A stretch of 64,000 bases of DNA from a virus (taxonomy: Duplodnaviria; Caudoviricetes), in IMG/VR virus record IMGVR_UViG_3300020414_001694, positions 11,242 to 75,241 of that record, one strand, 5' to 3'. The position numbers were made by a program, and so were the translations under genes. Shown here in pieces: positions 25,302 through 32,933 of this stretch. The notes below the pieces were generated by a model. The model saw nothing but the letters and a program-made list of their open reading frames with translations, searched no databases and was not told the origin of the DNA. How positions within the stretch are numbered: position 1 is the first letter of the stretch; the number at the start of each line of letters is the position of its first letter.

Positions 25302-27296
25302 CTATCTCTTTGTGTAACTCTTGGTTACTTTGCCCTTTTTTGTAGCAGCAACGTTTTGCTTGCCCTTCTTTGTGCCTGCTCGCTTCTTTGCGTTGTCTGC
25401 TGCCTTTTCACCCTTAGACATCTTCGCCCACTTTGCCTTTGGTTTGCAACGCTCAACTGAACCGTCTTCACGACCATCGCCACAAGGTGTTCCATCAGAG
25501 TGAACCCACTTTTCGTCTGCCCACTTTTGTAAGTCACCCTCTTCGATGCTCTCGTCTTTCTTGCCTCGACCGTAGTTATCATCTTTACAGTATTTAGAAG
25601 CAATCTGTGCTGCACGAGCAGACCAGTTCTTGAGAACACCGTCTTCACACTTAACATCTTTAATCCCTGGCGAGTCAGAGTTTACAACAAACTTTAGACC
25701 TGCTGTGCAAATCTCTTTGTCAGAGTAGCAACCGCCTTCTTCTTCAAGTCGTTGGACAATAGTTTCCCTGACTCTTGTGCGAAGTGCTTCGTCTGCTTTG
25801 ATGCAGTTACGATATTGTTTGCCGAACATTTCTTTTGTCTTTCTGGTAGGATGTGTCTTGTAACCCTTTTGGCACTTGCCCGCTTCTTCGAGTTTGCCAA
25901 TGACATCCTCAATCACCATACGAATTTCTTCAGTGGTATACTCTTCTTTCATAGACTTTTTACCACGGCATTTCCACTTCTTTCTGGAAAGGTTGTTAGG
26001 AGTGTTGGGGTCATTCTGCTTTTCTTTGGACAACCCTTTCTTGATTCCGTAAGAGCGAGCGCAATAACTATCTCCCTTAGAAGTACCTGGAGCAATCCTG
26101 TATCCCTTTGCTCCATAACTAACTTTTTTCTTTCTACCAGTCTTGGGATTAGTCACAGTCTTTGAATATTTCTTGCCCTTTGCTGGTTCTTCATCGAGCA
26201 TATTCAAAACCTCTTCCTTAATCTTTTGTATCAAATCTTCATTCTTGACCTGTGCAGGGAGACCCTTGTGCTTGGTTCCAGCAAAATCATCAACCTGCTT
26301 TGTAGTCATTTTATCTGCTTTGCTCTTCATTTCTGCGTCGGGGCAATCGCCGTCCTCTTTGCACTTTTTTAACATACCGAAGTATCTTTGTTGCGCCTTA
26401 GAGACTGCTTTTTCATCAAGTTCTCCTTCTTCCTTCATCTTGATAGGTTTTACGATACTCCTTTGATACTCGCCGTCGTCCTTATCTAAAATCTTTTCTG
26501 CTACATGCCCAACAACATCTGCAACGGTCGCCTGCTCGTTTGTCTTTCTCAATTGAGAAAGAATTTTTGAGACATCGCCTGAGTCCATTGCCTGAAAAAC
26601 TTTTATTACGAGTTCGTAAAGTCCTTCCTTTGTGTAACCAAACTCGTCAACCTTATCGTTGAGAGCGTCCATGTCATCCATCGAAAGAACTGCTTCGTCA
26701 ACCTTTTCAGAAGATAAAGACATCAAGGTATTCCAGTGTTCATCTGATATACCCCTCGGAGGTTTGCCATCAGTCTTCTGAGCAATAGCATCCAGTGCCG
26801 ACCTGTACTTCTTTTTTGATTTTGGCGTTGGATTATCAGAAAGGTTATGTACCATGTCTGCCAATTTTACACGAAGAGTGGGAACGTCACCCATCAAACC
26901 GACAACATAAGACTGGTAATCCCCACCTTTTTCGTGGGTTAGGGCACGAACAACCCTGATAACTTCATCTGCTGATGCTGGGTCTTGAATCGAACCCTTA
27001 ATGTAATCTTCCATCTCCTCGACCGTCGATACAGTAGAACCAGGAGCATCTTCAAGGGCATCATGTAAAAGTGCTGCCATCTGAATAACATTGTCTTTTG
27101 GATAAAACTTTCTCGCAATATTCCTGACCTCTGATGGATGAGAGAAATAGTCCGAACCATCTCTTCTCTTTTGACCAACGTGTGCCATCTGTGCTGTCTG
27201 ATAGACATCTTTAAAGTCTTCTGGTGAAAACTTCTCTTCTACTTTTTTATTTTCTCGCAAGTACTTTTGCCAATTGTCTGTAATCTTGTTGCTCAT
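25302..27296 (-). CDS. Multidomain protein: RelA/SpoT-type HD hydrolase plus basic Cys-containing modules
   Basis: AHVGQKRRDG..YFSHP, LLHDALED, VKLADMVHN. Confidence 0.85.
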   Translation of the reverse strand: MSNKITDNWQKYLRENKKVEEKFSPEDFKDVYQTAQMAHVGQKRRDGSDYFSHPSEVRNIARKFYPKDNVIQMAALLHDALEDAPGSTVSTVEEMEDYIKGSIQDPASADEVIRVVRALTHEKGGDYQSYVVGLMGDVPTLRVKLADMVHNLSDNPTPKSKKKYRSALDAIAQKTDGKPPRGISDEHWNTLMSLSSEKVDEAVLSMDDMDALNDKVDEFGYTKEGLYELVIKVFQAMDSGDVSKILSQLRKTNEQATVADVVGHVAEKILDKDDGEYQRSIVKPIKMKEEGELDEKAVSKAQQRYFGMLKKCKEDGDCPDAEMKSKADKMTTKQVDDFAGTKHKGLPAQVKNEDLIQKIKEEVLNMLDEEPAKGKKYSKTVTNPKTGRKKKVSYGAKGYRIAPGTSKGDSYCARSYGIKKGLSKEKQNDPNTPNNLSRKKWKCRGKKSMKEEYTTEEIRMVIEDVIGKLEEAGKCQKGYKTHPTRKTKEMFGKQYRNCIKADEALRTRVRETIVQRLEEEGGCYSDKEICTAGLKFVVNSDSPGIKDVKCEDGVLKNWSARAAQIASKYCKDDNYGRGKKDESIEEGDLQKWADEKWVHSDGTPCGDGREDGSVERCKPKAKWAKMSKGEKAADNAKKRAGTKKGKQNVAATKKGKVTKSYTKR

Positions 27297-27305
27297 TTTT
27301 ATTCC

Positions 27306-27551
27306 TTATCTCAGAGAAGGGTCTCTGTGTGTGTTTTTTAATTTTGGTATAAAATCTTTTTTCAATTTCAGGAGTCGCTCAAACTTTACTTTAGACTGCG
27401 TATCCAAGTACATTACCTGGGGTTTTTTATATTCACCATTGATAAGTAAGTCATCAAAATCATAAAACTTTGTCTTTGGCGAATCTTCTTGTGCCTCTAC
27501 ATTAGCACAAAGTAAGAGAATTGTTAATGCTGCCAATAGTGTTTTCTTCAT
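27306..27551 (-). CDS. CglF/GltF-like small secreted protein
   Basis: Signal peptide; KTKFYDFDDLLINGEYKKP...F.RLLKLKKDF pattern. Confidence 0.6.
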   Translation of the reverse strand: MKKTLLAALTILLLCANVEAQEDSPKTKFYDFDDLLINGEYKKPQVMYLDTQSKVKFERLLKLKKDFIPKLKNTHRDPSLR

Positions 27552-27589
27552 TTGTTTGCGCTCCAAGTCATAATAAATAGTTCGAAAAC

Positions 27590-27616
27590 AAAGAAAAAGG
27601 CACCCGAAGGTGCCTT
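27590..27616 (-). terminator. Intrinsic terminator after hsp20
   Basis: AAGGCACC-TTCG-GGTGCCTT followed by U-tract. Confidence 0.85.
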
Positions 27617-27643
27617 ATAAAGAGTGGTGTTGCTGATTTTGTT

Positions 27644-28081
27644 TTACTCGATATCAATCTTTTGAGGTTGCGCCTCTAGGACTGGTGGAACCTTTACTAC
27701 TAATAACCCATTCTCAAACTTAGCGGTAATCCTCTCTAAGTCAAGTTTGTTGCCGTAGTCGTAAAACGTTTTTGAGAAAGAACGTCTGGCAATTCTACGT
27801 GAAGTAGACTCGCCTTCTGTACTTCCTGCATCAGCGTGGATAGTGATACCCCTATCCTTTACTTCAATGTTTAATTGTTCTTTTGTAAAACCAGCAAGAG
27901 CAAGTTCAATAGTTGAATTGCCTGACTCGTCTACATAAATGTCAGTCACTGGATAACCAGAAGTTGCCTTCTGAATCATTGGTGCTGGGTTAGCAAAAAA
28001 CCCGTCCCAAATGTCATCAATAACTGAACGTGTTAGTAAATTCGGAATTCGATATAATGTTGGTAATGTGTTATTTGTCAT
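27644..28081 (-). CDS. Small heat shock protein (Hsp20)
   Basis: YPVTDI, ELALAGF, F.NGLL.V. Confidence 0.92.
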   Translation of the reverse strand: MTNNTLPTLYRIPNLLTRSVIDDIWDGFFANPAPMIQKATSGYPVTDIYVDESGNSTIELALAGFTKEQLNIEVKDRGITIHADAGSTEGESTSRRIARRSFSKTFYDYGNKLDLERITAKFENGLLVVKVPPVLEAQPQKIDIE

Positions 28082-28172
28082 AATTTTATTCTCCTTAATA
28101 TAAGCAAGTTACCATTTTTTGTGTTCCTTTCGGCAACACGGTTTGTTTAGAGAGCAACACCTGCCTCTCTTG
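28082..28172 (-). promoter_or_regulatory. Structured hsp20 5' UTR, ROSE-like RNA thermometer candidate
   Basis: Two upstream hairpins, then CUUGCUUA/UAAGGAG covering the SD with a bulged G. Confidence 0.55.
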
Positions 28173-28213
28173 TATATAAATATAATAACGGATTGATTTT
28201 TGTCAAGTGATTT

Positions 28214-28354
28214 TTATCTTTTTACTGAAATTACCATTGGTGTCTCAATGGTAATAAACTCTTGTGCTTGAGCGGTAGGTAACTTTGGTGCAGACGCCAA
28301 AGAAACAATAGAAGCACCAAGAACAAAGGTGCCCGCAATCTTTAAAAACTTCAT
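28214..28354 (-). CDS. 46-aa secreted peptide precursor
   Basis: MKFLKIAGTFVLGASIVSLASA-PKLPTAQAQEFITIETPMVISVKR; AAGGAG SD; TTTACT-N16-TATACT promoter. Confidence 0.7.
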   Translation of the reverse strand: MKFLKIAGTFVLGASIVSLASAPKLPTAQAQEFITIETPMVISVKR

Positions 28355-28426
28355 TTCATTTCTCCTTTTTTATTGGTGTGTAAGTATACCACAAATTTAT
28401 AAAAAGTAAAGTTTTTTTGCTATTTT

Positions 28427-28774
28427 TTAATGTTTTTTTAGAGATACATTCTGGGAGAGAAGTGTGCCTTCTAAATTAAGAATCCCTATAAGAAGTTCAG
28501 TAATGGTGAGGTAATCTAAGTCCTCAACAACAATAGAGTTTTCTGGAACCTTAGCACCTCGGGCGTTCACCTCTTTCTGCATTGTCTTCATTATTATTTC
28601 TTTGATTCTCGTGCATCCTGCATAGAATTCACACAAGTCCTCAACCAAGGGTGTCCCTTCTTCCTTGCTTGCCTCTTCTTTGAGAAAATAATAGCAGACT
28701 TTTCTGTATTCTTCAAGCATCTCTATTGCGTCTAAGAACTCTTGTTGAGGTACAGCAATAATTTTATCTTCCAT
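28427..28774 (-). CDS. Hypothetical protein
   Basis: 115-aa ORF. Confidence 0.65.
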   Translation of the reverse strand: MEDKIIAVPQQEFLDAIEMLEEYRKVCYYFLKEEASKEEGTPLVEDLCEFYAGCTRIKEIIMKTMQKEVNARGAKVPENSIVVEDLDYLTITELLIGILNLEGTLLSQNVSLKKH

Positions 28775-29087
28775 GCTCTTTATCTTTCACTGCGCTGTAA
28801 TAGTCTTGCGCTTGCTCCAATGTTTGCAAGTCTAGAACTTTAAATTTTCTTTTTCTTAATGCTTCTGCTGCGAGTCTTGCTCTTTTGCCTGTGGCACAAT
28901 AGACAACTATTGTTTTATCCTTTGGGATTTTACCTTCCCAAAATCCAAGAGAAGTTGGCGTGGCAATTGCTCTGACTTTTCTACTCGGCAAGTTATAAGA
29001 ACCTTCAATGTTTTTTTCTTCAAACTCCGACTCTTCTCTTACGTCCAAGAAAAAGTATTCTTCTAACTCCTCTTTGGATAATTTCAC
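28764..29087 (-). CDS. Single-domain rhodanese (sulfurtransferase)
   Basis: LDVRE.SEF...I.GS, VVYCATGKRA. Confidence 0.9.
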   Translation of the reverse strand: MKLSKEELEEYFFLDVREESEFEEKNIEGSYNLPSRKVRAIATPTSLGFWEGKIPKDKTIVVYCATGKRARLAAEALRKRKFKVLDLQTLEQAQDYYSAVKDKEHGR

Positions 29088-29093
29088 TAAATC

Positions 29094-29756
29094 TCACTCC
29101 ACTAAACGATGGTACCAGAGTGGAAGGTGAGTATAACCGTCAGAGGTTGCAACTGCTGCTTCAAATGCAGACTTGCTGTAACGGACACCTCTCCCACTAC
29201 CTGTTCCTAAATAGCCTCCCATAAACCTTTCTGACCATGTTCCTGCTGGGTCATTGGTCGTATATGAGTTTCCATCGAATCCCGTAGCAACAAGAACGTG
29301 CCCATATCCTGTGAAATATCCGTGAATTATCGTTGGTTTTCCTTCTCGTAGTAATCGCTGTAACTCTTCAAGAGTCCCATAGAGAACGGGTTCAATGCGT
29401 GCCCCAATTCCCTCTCTTTGTGCGATTGTGTTGAAGACGTTAGCCAACCCTTGAGGCGACTGAGCATAATCTTTACCCCATTCCCTAGTAATGTCATCTG
29501 GAACTCCCTGCCAACCATACTTTGCCAACAACATCGCAATGGAAGTGTTCTGACAGGTTGAACCTGGACTTACATAGTTATCATACTGATAAAAGTAAGG
29601 AAGTTCTGAGTTATTAGTTTCTTCCTCGTGTGCCTCACATTGTGAGACATCGTTGTCCTTTTGTGAGACCTGCTTGTCTCCATAGTTTTCTGGAAATTCC
29701 TCAATAGTTCCGCAGGCAACCAAGAATAGTGCTAATAGTGTTATATTTTTCATCAT
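29094..29756 (-). CDS. Lipoprotein with C39-like cysteine peptidase domain
   Basis: Lipobox LVAC; CQNTS (Cys), GHVLV (His), NDP (Asp). Confidence 0.8.
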   Translation of the reverse strand: MMKNITLLALFLVACGTIEEFPENYGDKQVSQKDNDVSQCEAHEEETNNSELPYFYQYDNYVSPGSTCQNTSIAMLLAKYGWQGVPDDITREWGKDYAQSPQGLANVFNTIAQREGIGARIEPVLYGTLEELQRLLREGKPTIIHGYFTGYGHVLVATGFDGNSYTTNDPAGTWSERFMGGYLGTGSGRGVRYSKSAFEAAVATSDGYTHLPLWYHRLVE

Positions 29757-29757
29757 T

Positions 29758-29919
29758 TTATCTCCTTATGATGTCTATGTCCTCAATGTGGACGTATTTT
29801 GATATTATATCATCCATCCAGAATACTTTCACGATAGATGCACTATTAGGTGTTTCAAGAATTATGCCAAGCATGAGATGATTCCAAGATTTAAGGTGGA
29901 CAAGGCTGCCTACCCTCAC
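29758..29919 (-). CDS. Small SH3-like paralog (VRVGSLVHL...)
   Basis: GTGA overlap; LGIIL, VKVFW, EDIDII. Confidence 0.7.
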   Translation of the reverse strand: MRVGSLVHLKSWNHLMLGIILETPNSASIVKVFWMDDIISKYVHIEDIDIIRR

Positions 29920-30413
29920 AACAAGGCACGCCTCTTCATCTTGACTGGTACGCTTTGACCCTCGCCCCATACGAAGCGAGACTTACGCTTGTTCGTAACC
30001 ATAAGAACTTCAAGAACGAGTTGCCCGTCCTTCTCTCTTGGAGTTAGTTTCGCAGGTTCTGGTTGTAAAATTCCAAACAAAGGTTTGGTAATTCTTTTCT
30101 GAAACTTTCTCCTGACAGGTGGTTTGTTTAGAAACTTTATACATCCTCTGTAAATGTCCTCGATGGAGTGTCCTTCTGATAGAAGTTGTTTCCAGTCAAT
30201 CACGATGTATCCACCGATGACCCAACGATTAACACCGAAACCTTTTATACTCCAAAAATTAGAACCGTGATAGCGAGCAAGACGAGTTTCGTCGCCACTT
30301 TCTTCCGAATTAATTCGAAGAGTCTGAAATTCGTTTAGTTCCAAAAGTTTACACTCGAATTCTGGACCGTCTATAACTGGAACCTCTTCTACTGTTCGTT
30401 TTCTTCTTGGCAT
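29916..30413 (-). CDS. Hypothetical protein
   Basis: 165-aa ORF. Confidence 0.7.
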   Translation of the reverse strand: MPRRKRTVEEVPVIDGPEFECKLLELNEFQTLRINSEESGDETRLARYHGSNFWSIKGFGVNRWVIGGYIVIDWKQLLSEGHSIEDIYRGCIKFLNKPPVRRKFQKRITKPLFGILQPEPAKLTPREKDGQLVLEVLMVTNKRKSRFVWGEGQSVPVKMKRRALL

Positions 30414-30682
30414 TCTGCCTCTCTTTCAAGATGTTTTACAAGTTCGGTGTACCCTCCGATAAACTCTTCATGAATCTCATCATTGTCAGTAACAACAAAC
30501 TTTGAAATAATCGGGACAGTGCTGTGATTGTATCTCTTCTTTGCCTCGTTTAGTGCCACGTCTTCCCAGTCATAGTATCTTGCATAGTACTCACGAGGTT
30601 CAGAGGAAATCAACTGCATTGCAGACTCGCAATATGGACACCCATCTGCAAGGTATAAAGTGTAATAAACTCTGCTGTCCAT
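30389..30682 (-). CDS. Glutaredoxin/NrdH-like protein
   Basis: CPYC, STVP, FIGGY.EL. Confidence 0.9.
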   Translation of the reverse strand: MDSRVYYTLYLADGCPYCESAMQLISSEPREYYARYYDWEDVALNEAKKRYNHSTVPIISKFVVTDNDEIHEEFIGGYTELVKHLEREAECQEENEQ

Positions 30683-30683
30683 C

Positions 30684-30992
30684 TTAACCTCTCAACAACT
30701 CTCTCGTTGAGAGTCTCAACTTTTCTGTCACTTGATTCGGGTCTCCGACAACCGTAAGTTCCAGTCCTGCCTGCCCCCTGTCAAGAATAACTCTCGTGAA
30801 GCGTTGGCGAGTGTCCATGCCTTCTGGCATCCTACCTTCGTTCAAGTGACTGGTCATTGAAGCATCCTCACGTAAACAAATTACGTGTGCTGGATTAACA
30901 GTGACTTCACGCAAAGTATAGGTTTTGCTTGCCACCGAAGAACCATAATGGTTTGCGTTGCTGGAAACAACCTCAGTTAGTGTAACTAACAT
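30684..30992 (-). CDS. Hypothetical protein (weak FlbD-like beta pattern)
   Basis: LVTLTEV...VNPAHV...VVGDP. Confidence 0.55.
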   Translation of the reverse strand: MLVTLTEVVSSNANHYGSSVASKTYTLREVTVNPAHVICLREDASMTSHLNEGRMPEGMDTRQRFTRVILDRGQAGLELTVVGDPNQVTEKLRLSTRELLRG

Positions 30993-31215
30993 TCTCTTTT
31001 CCTTTCACTGCGTAGTTTCGCAGCATATCATTAGGTGCAGTCCAAATAGAACCACGATAAAACAAATCCGAATGAGTTTGATACCTTCTCAAAAGCAAAG
31101 CAATATAAGGTTCCTTTAACTCACAATATTCACTTATACTACCATCATCGTTTACTTTTGTCAACATAAAATGTGCTGGAAGATACACTAAATCGCCTGT
31201 GCTAAGAATTTTCAC
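30973..31215 (-). CDS. SH3-like paralog (STGDLVYL...)
   Basis: GTG start at 31215; GDLV motif. Confidence 0.55.
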   Translation of the reverse strand: MKILSTGDLVYLPAHFMLTKVNDDGSISEYCELKEPYIALLLRRYQTHSDLFYRGSIWTAPNDMLRNYAVKGKENVSYTN

Positions 31216-31543
31216 CCTCAATTCCTTCCACCCGAGTTCCTTCACCATCTTCGGGTTCCTCCAACTGAGGTTCCATAGTCGCCATTGCCTGATAAGCATA
31301 AGCAGCATAAAGGCGATAGGCGTCCATGAGGTTTTGAGATAATAAATCAATCTCATATAGTTCTCTCCTGAAAGCATCCATCTTTACATAGGAGTCGTAA
31401 ATCTTTTCAGGATGAACATTGTCCAACTTACTTTCTAGTTTTTTTGACCTTTGTGAAATCTCTTGAATTGTTTTAGATATATCTTTAGGCAACTGAGATA
31501 TTGATGTTTGATTTTCTATTTTCATTTCTTTGCTGCTCTCCAA
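31202..31543 (-). CDS. Coiled-coil hypothetical protein
   Basis: 113-aa ORF. Confidence 0.6.
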   Translation of the reverse strand: MESSKEMKIENQTSISQLPKDISKTIQEISQRSKKLESKLDNVHPEKIYDSYVKMDAFRRELYEIDLLSQNLMDAYRLYAAYAYQAMATMEPQLEEPEDGEGTRVEGIEGENS

Positions 31544-32325
31544 GTTTTAATGTGTCGCTCTTCTACAACAATCGGGGTTGTTTCGCCAATAGGCAATACC
31601 TGATATACCTTATTGCCAGCACAAGCAGAGGTGGGAGAAGTGTAGTTGGTTTTGATAACCATTACTTTCTTAAATGCTCGTTGAGGCGCTGTTGCTCGTA
31701 ATTGAGCAAGAGAACCAGCAGGGAACTTTGGTTCGGCAAAATGACCAGCAAGAATCTTCTTGGCATATTTGTTTTCTACAATCTTATTGTATTGAGAAAG
31801 ACTAGGAACATAGTTCTCGTCTGCGACGACCATTCTACAGATGTCTCGAAAGTAAGGAGTTGTAAGATAGTAATTGGCAACAACTAATGCTTTTGCACGG
31901 AGACCAGTAGACTCGTCTTTGTACTTGGCAGCAAATTCTTGGCGCTCTACTTGAACTGAGTAACTGTTCTCTTTCTCTAACTTGGCAATAATTTCCAGTT
32001 GACGTGGAGACAGGGTAGCGCCCGATTGAACCTGCCCAAGAACAGACTCTGCGAAACCTTGACCCCAAGAACGCTCGTCTTCAATGCTGGCGATGAGATT
32101 CTGAATGCGAGTAATAAGTTCGGTGTTTAGAGACGGCGCTCTAGCGGCAACTGCTTCTTCAGAATATTTCTCTTCCAATCTGTCAAGCCAGGGGCGGCGA
32201 CCAGGAGTCAGGCGACCCTGGCGTTGGTATGCTTCTTGAAGTGAAACAGCAAAATTATAATCTCGCTTGTTTGCCTTGAGGTGGGGATTAGAAACCAACT
32301 CTTCTAATCGCTTTGATATGCTCAT
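31522..32325 (-). CDS. Hypothetical protein with internally duplicated helical domain
   Basis: Two F..S...Q...G..L(S/T)P motifs; own promoter. Confidence 0.75.
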   Translation of the reverse strand: MSISKRLEELVSNPHLKANKRDYNFAVSLQEAYQRQGRLTPGRRPWLDRLEEKYSEEAVAARAPSLNTELITRIQNLIASIEDERSWGQGFAESVLGQVQSGATLSPRQLEIIAKLEKENSYSVQVERQEFAAKYKDESTGLRAKALVVANYYLTTPYFRDICRMVVADENYVPSLSQYNKIVENKYAKKILAGHFAEPKFPAGSLAQLRATAPQRAFKKVMVIKTNYTSPTSACAGNKVYQVLPIGETTPIVVEERHIKTWRAAKK

Positions 32326-32360
32326 AAATCAACCTTCTTTCTCATTCTCAATACATAATA

Positions 32361-32389
32361 ACTATAATGGATAGGAAGTTATTTGTCAA
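32361..32389 (-). promoter_or_regulatory. sigma70-like promoter
   Basis: TTGACA-N17-TATAGT. Confidence 0.8.
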
Positions 32390-32408
32390 CCCTTTTGTGA
32401 GATTATTT

Positions 32409-32867
32409 TTACTTTATCATAGAAAATACTGCTTTTGCCATCAGACCAATAGTGCCTGAACCAACTATCCACAATATTTTGTTAACATTAGACACTCTCT
32501 CTTTCAAGAGAATAATTTCGTCTCGTTGCTTTTTATCCTCTTCAACGACTTCTTTGAAGTTTTCCAAGTCGAAAAGAATTCTTTGCTGCTTTTCCATTGC
32601 TGGTTCAACAGTCTTTTCCATGAACCTCTCTCTATCGTCAAAGTTTTTTTCTAAACCTGCAACACGAGTAACAATGCCCATGTTCTGACCATCGCCCATA
32701 AGCATGAACTGTAACTCGCCCATTGATGATTTGATAGAGGACACGTCTTCCACAAGTCTCTCTATTTTTATTGATAAGTCTGTTGAGTGCTTTAACTGCT
32801 TTTCAACTGTATCTATTTTCTCGTTGAGTGAAGCAAGTAGTTGGACAAGTTCTAGTTCTTTTTGCAA
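32409..32867 (-). CDS. Coiled-coil protein with C-terminal TM (XhlA/holin-like architecture)
   Basis: Heptads followed by ILWIVGSGTIGLMAKAVF. Confidence 0.55.
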   Translation of the reverse strand: MQKELELVQLLASLNEKIDTVEKQLKHSTDLSIKIERLVEDVSSIKSSMGELQFMLMGDGQNMGIVTRVAGLEKNFDDRERFMEKTVEPAMEKQQRILFDLENFKEVVEEDKKQRDEIILLKERVSNVNKILWIVGSGTIGLMAKAVFSMIK

Positions 32868-32933
32868 AACATATTTCCTCTATAAAACAAAGACAGAGTT
32901 TATCCCCTGTCCTTGTAAATAGATTCTAGATTC

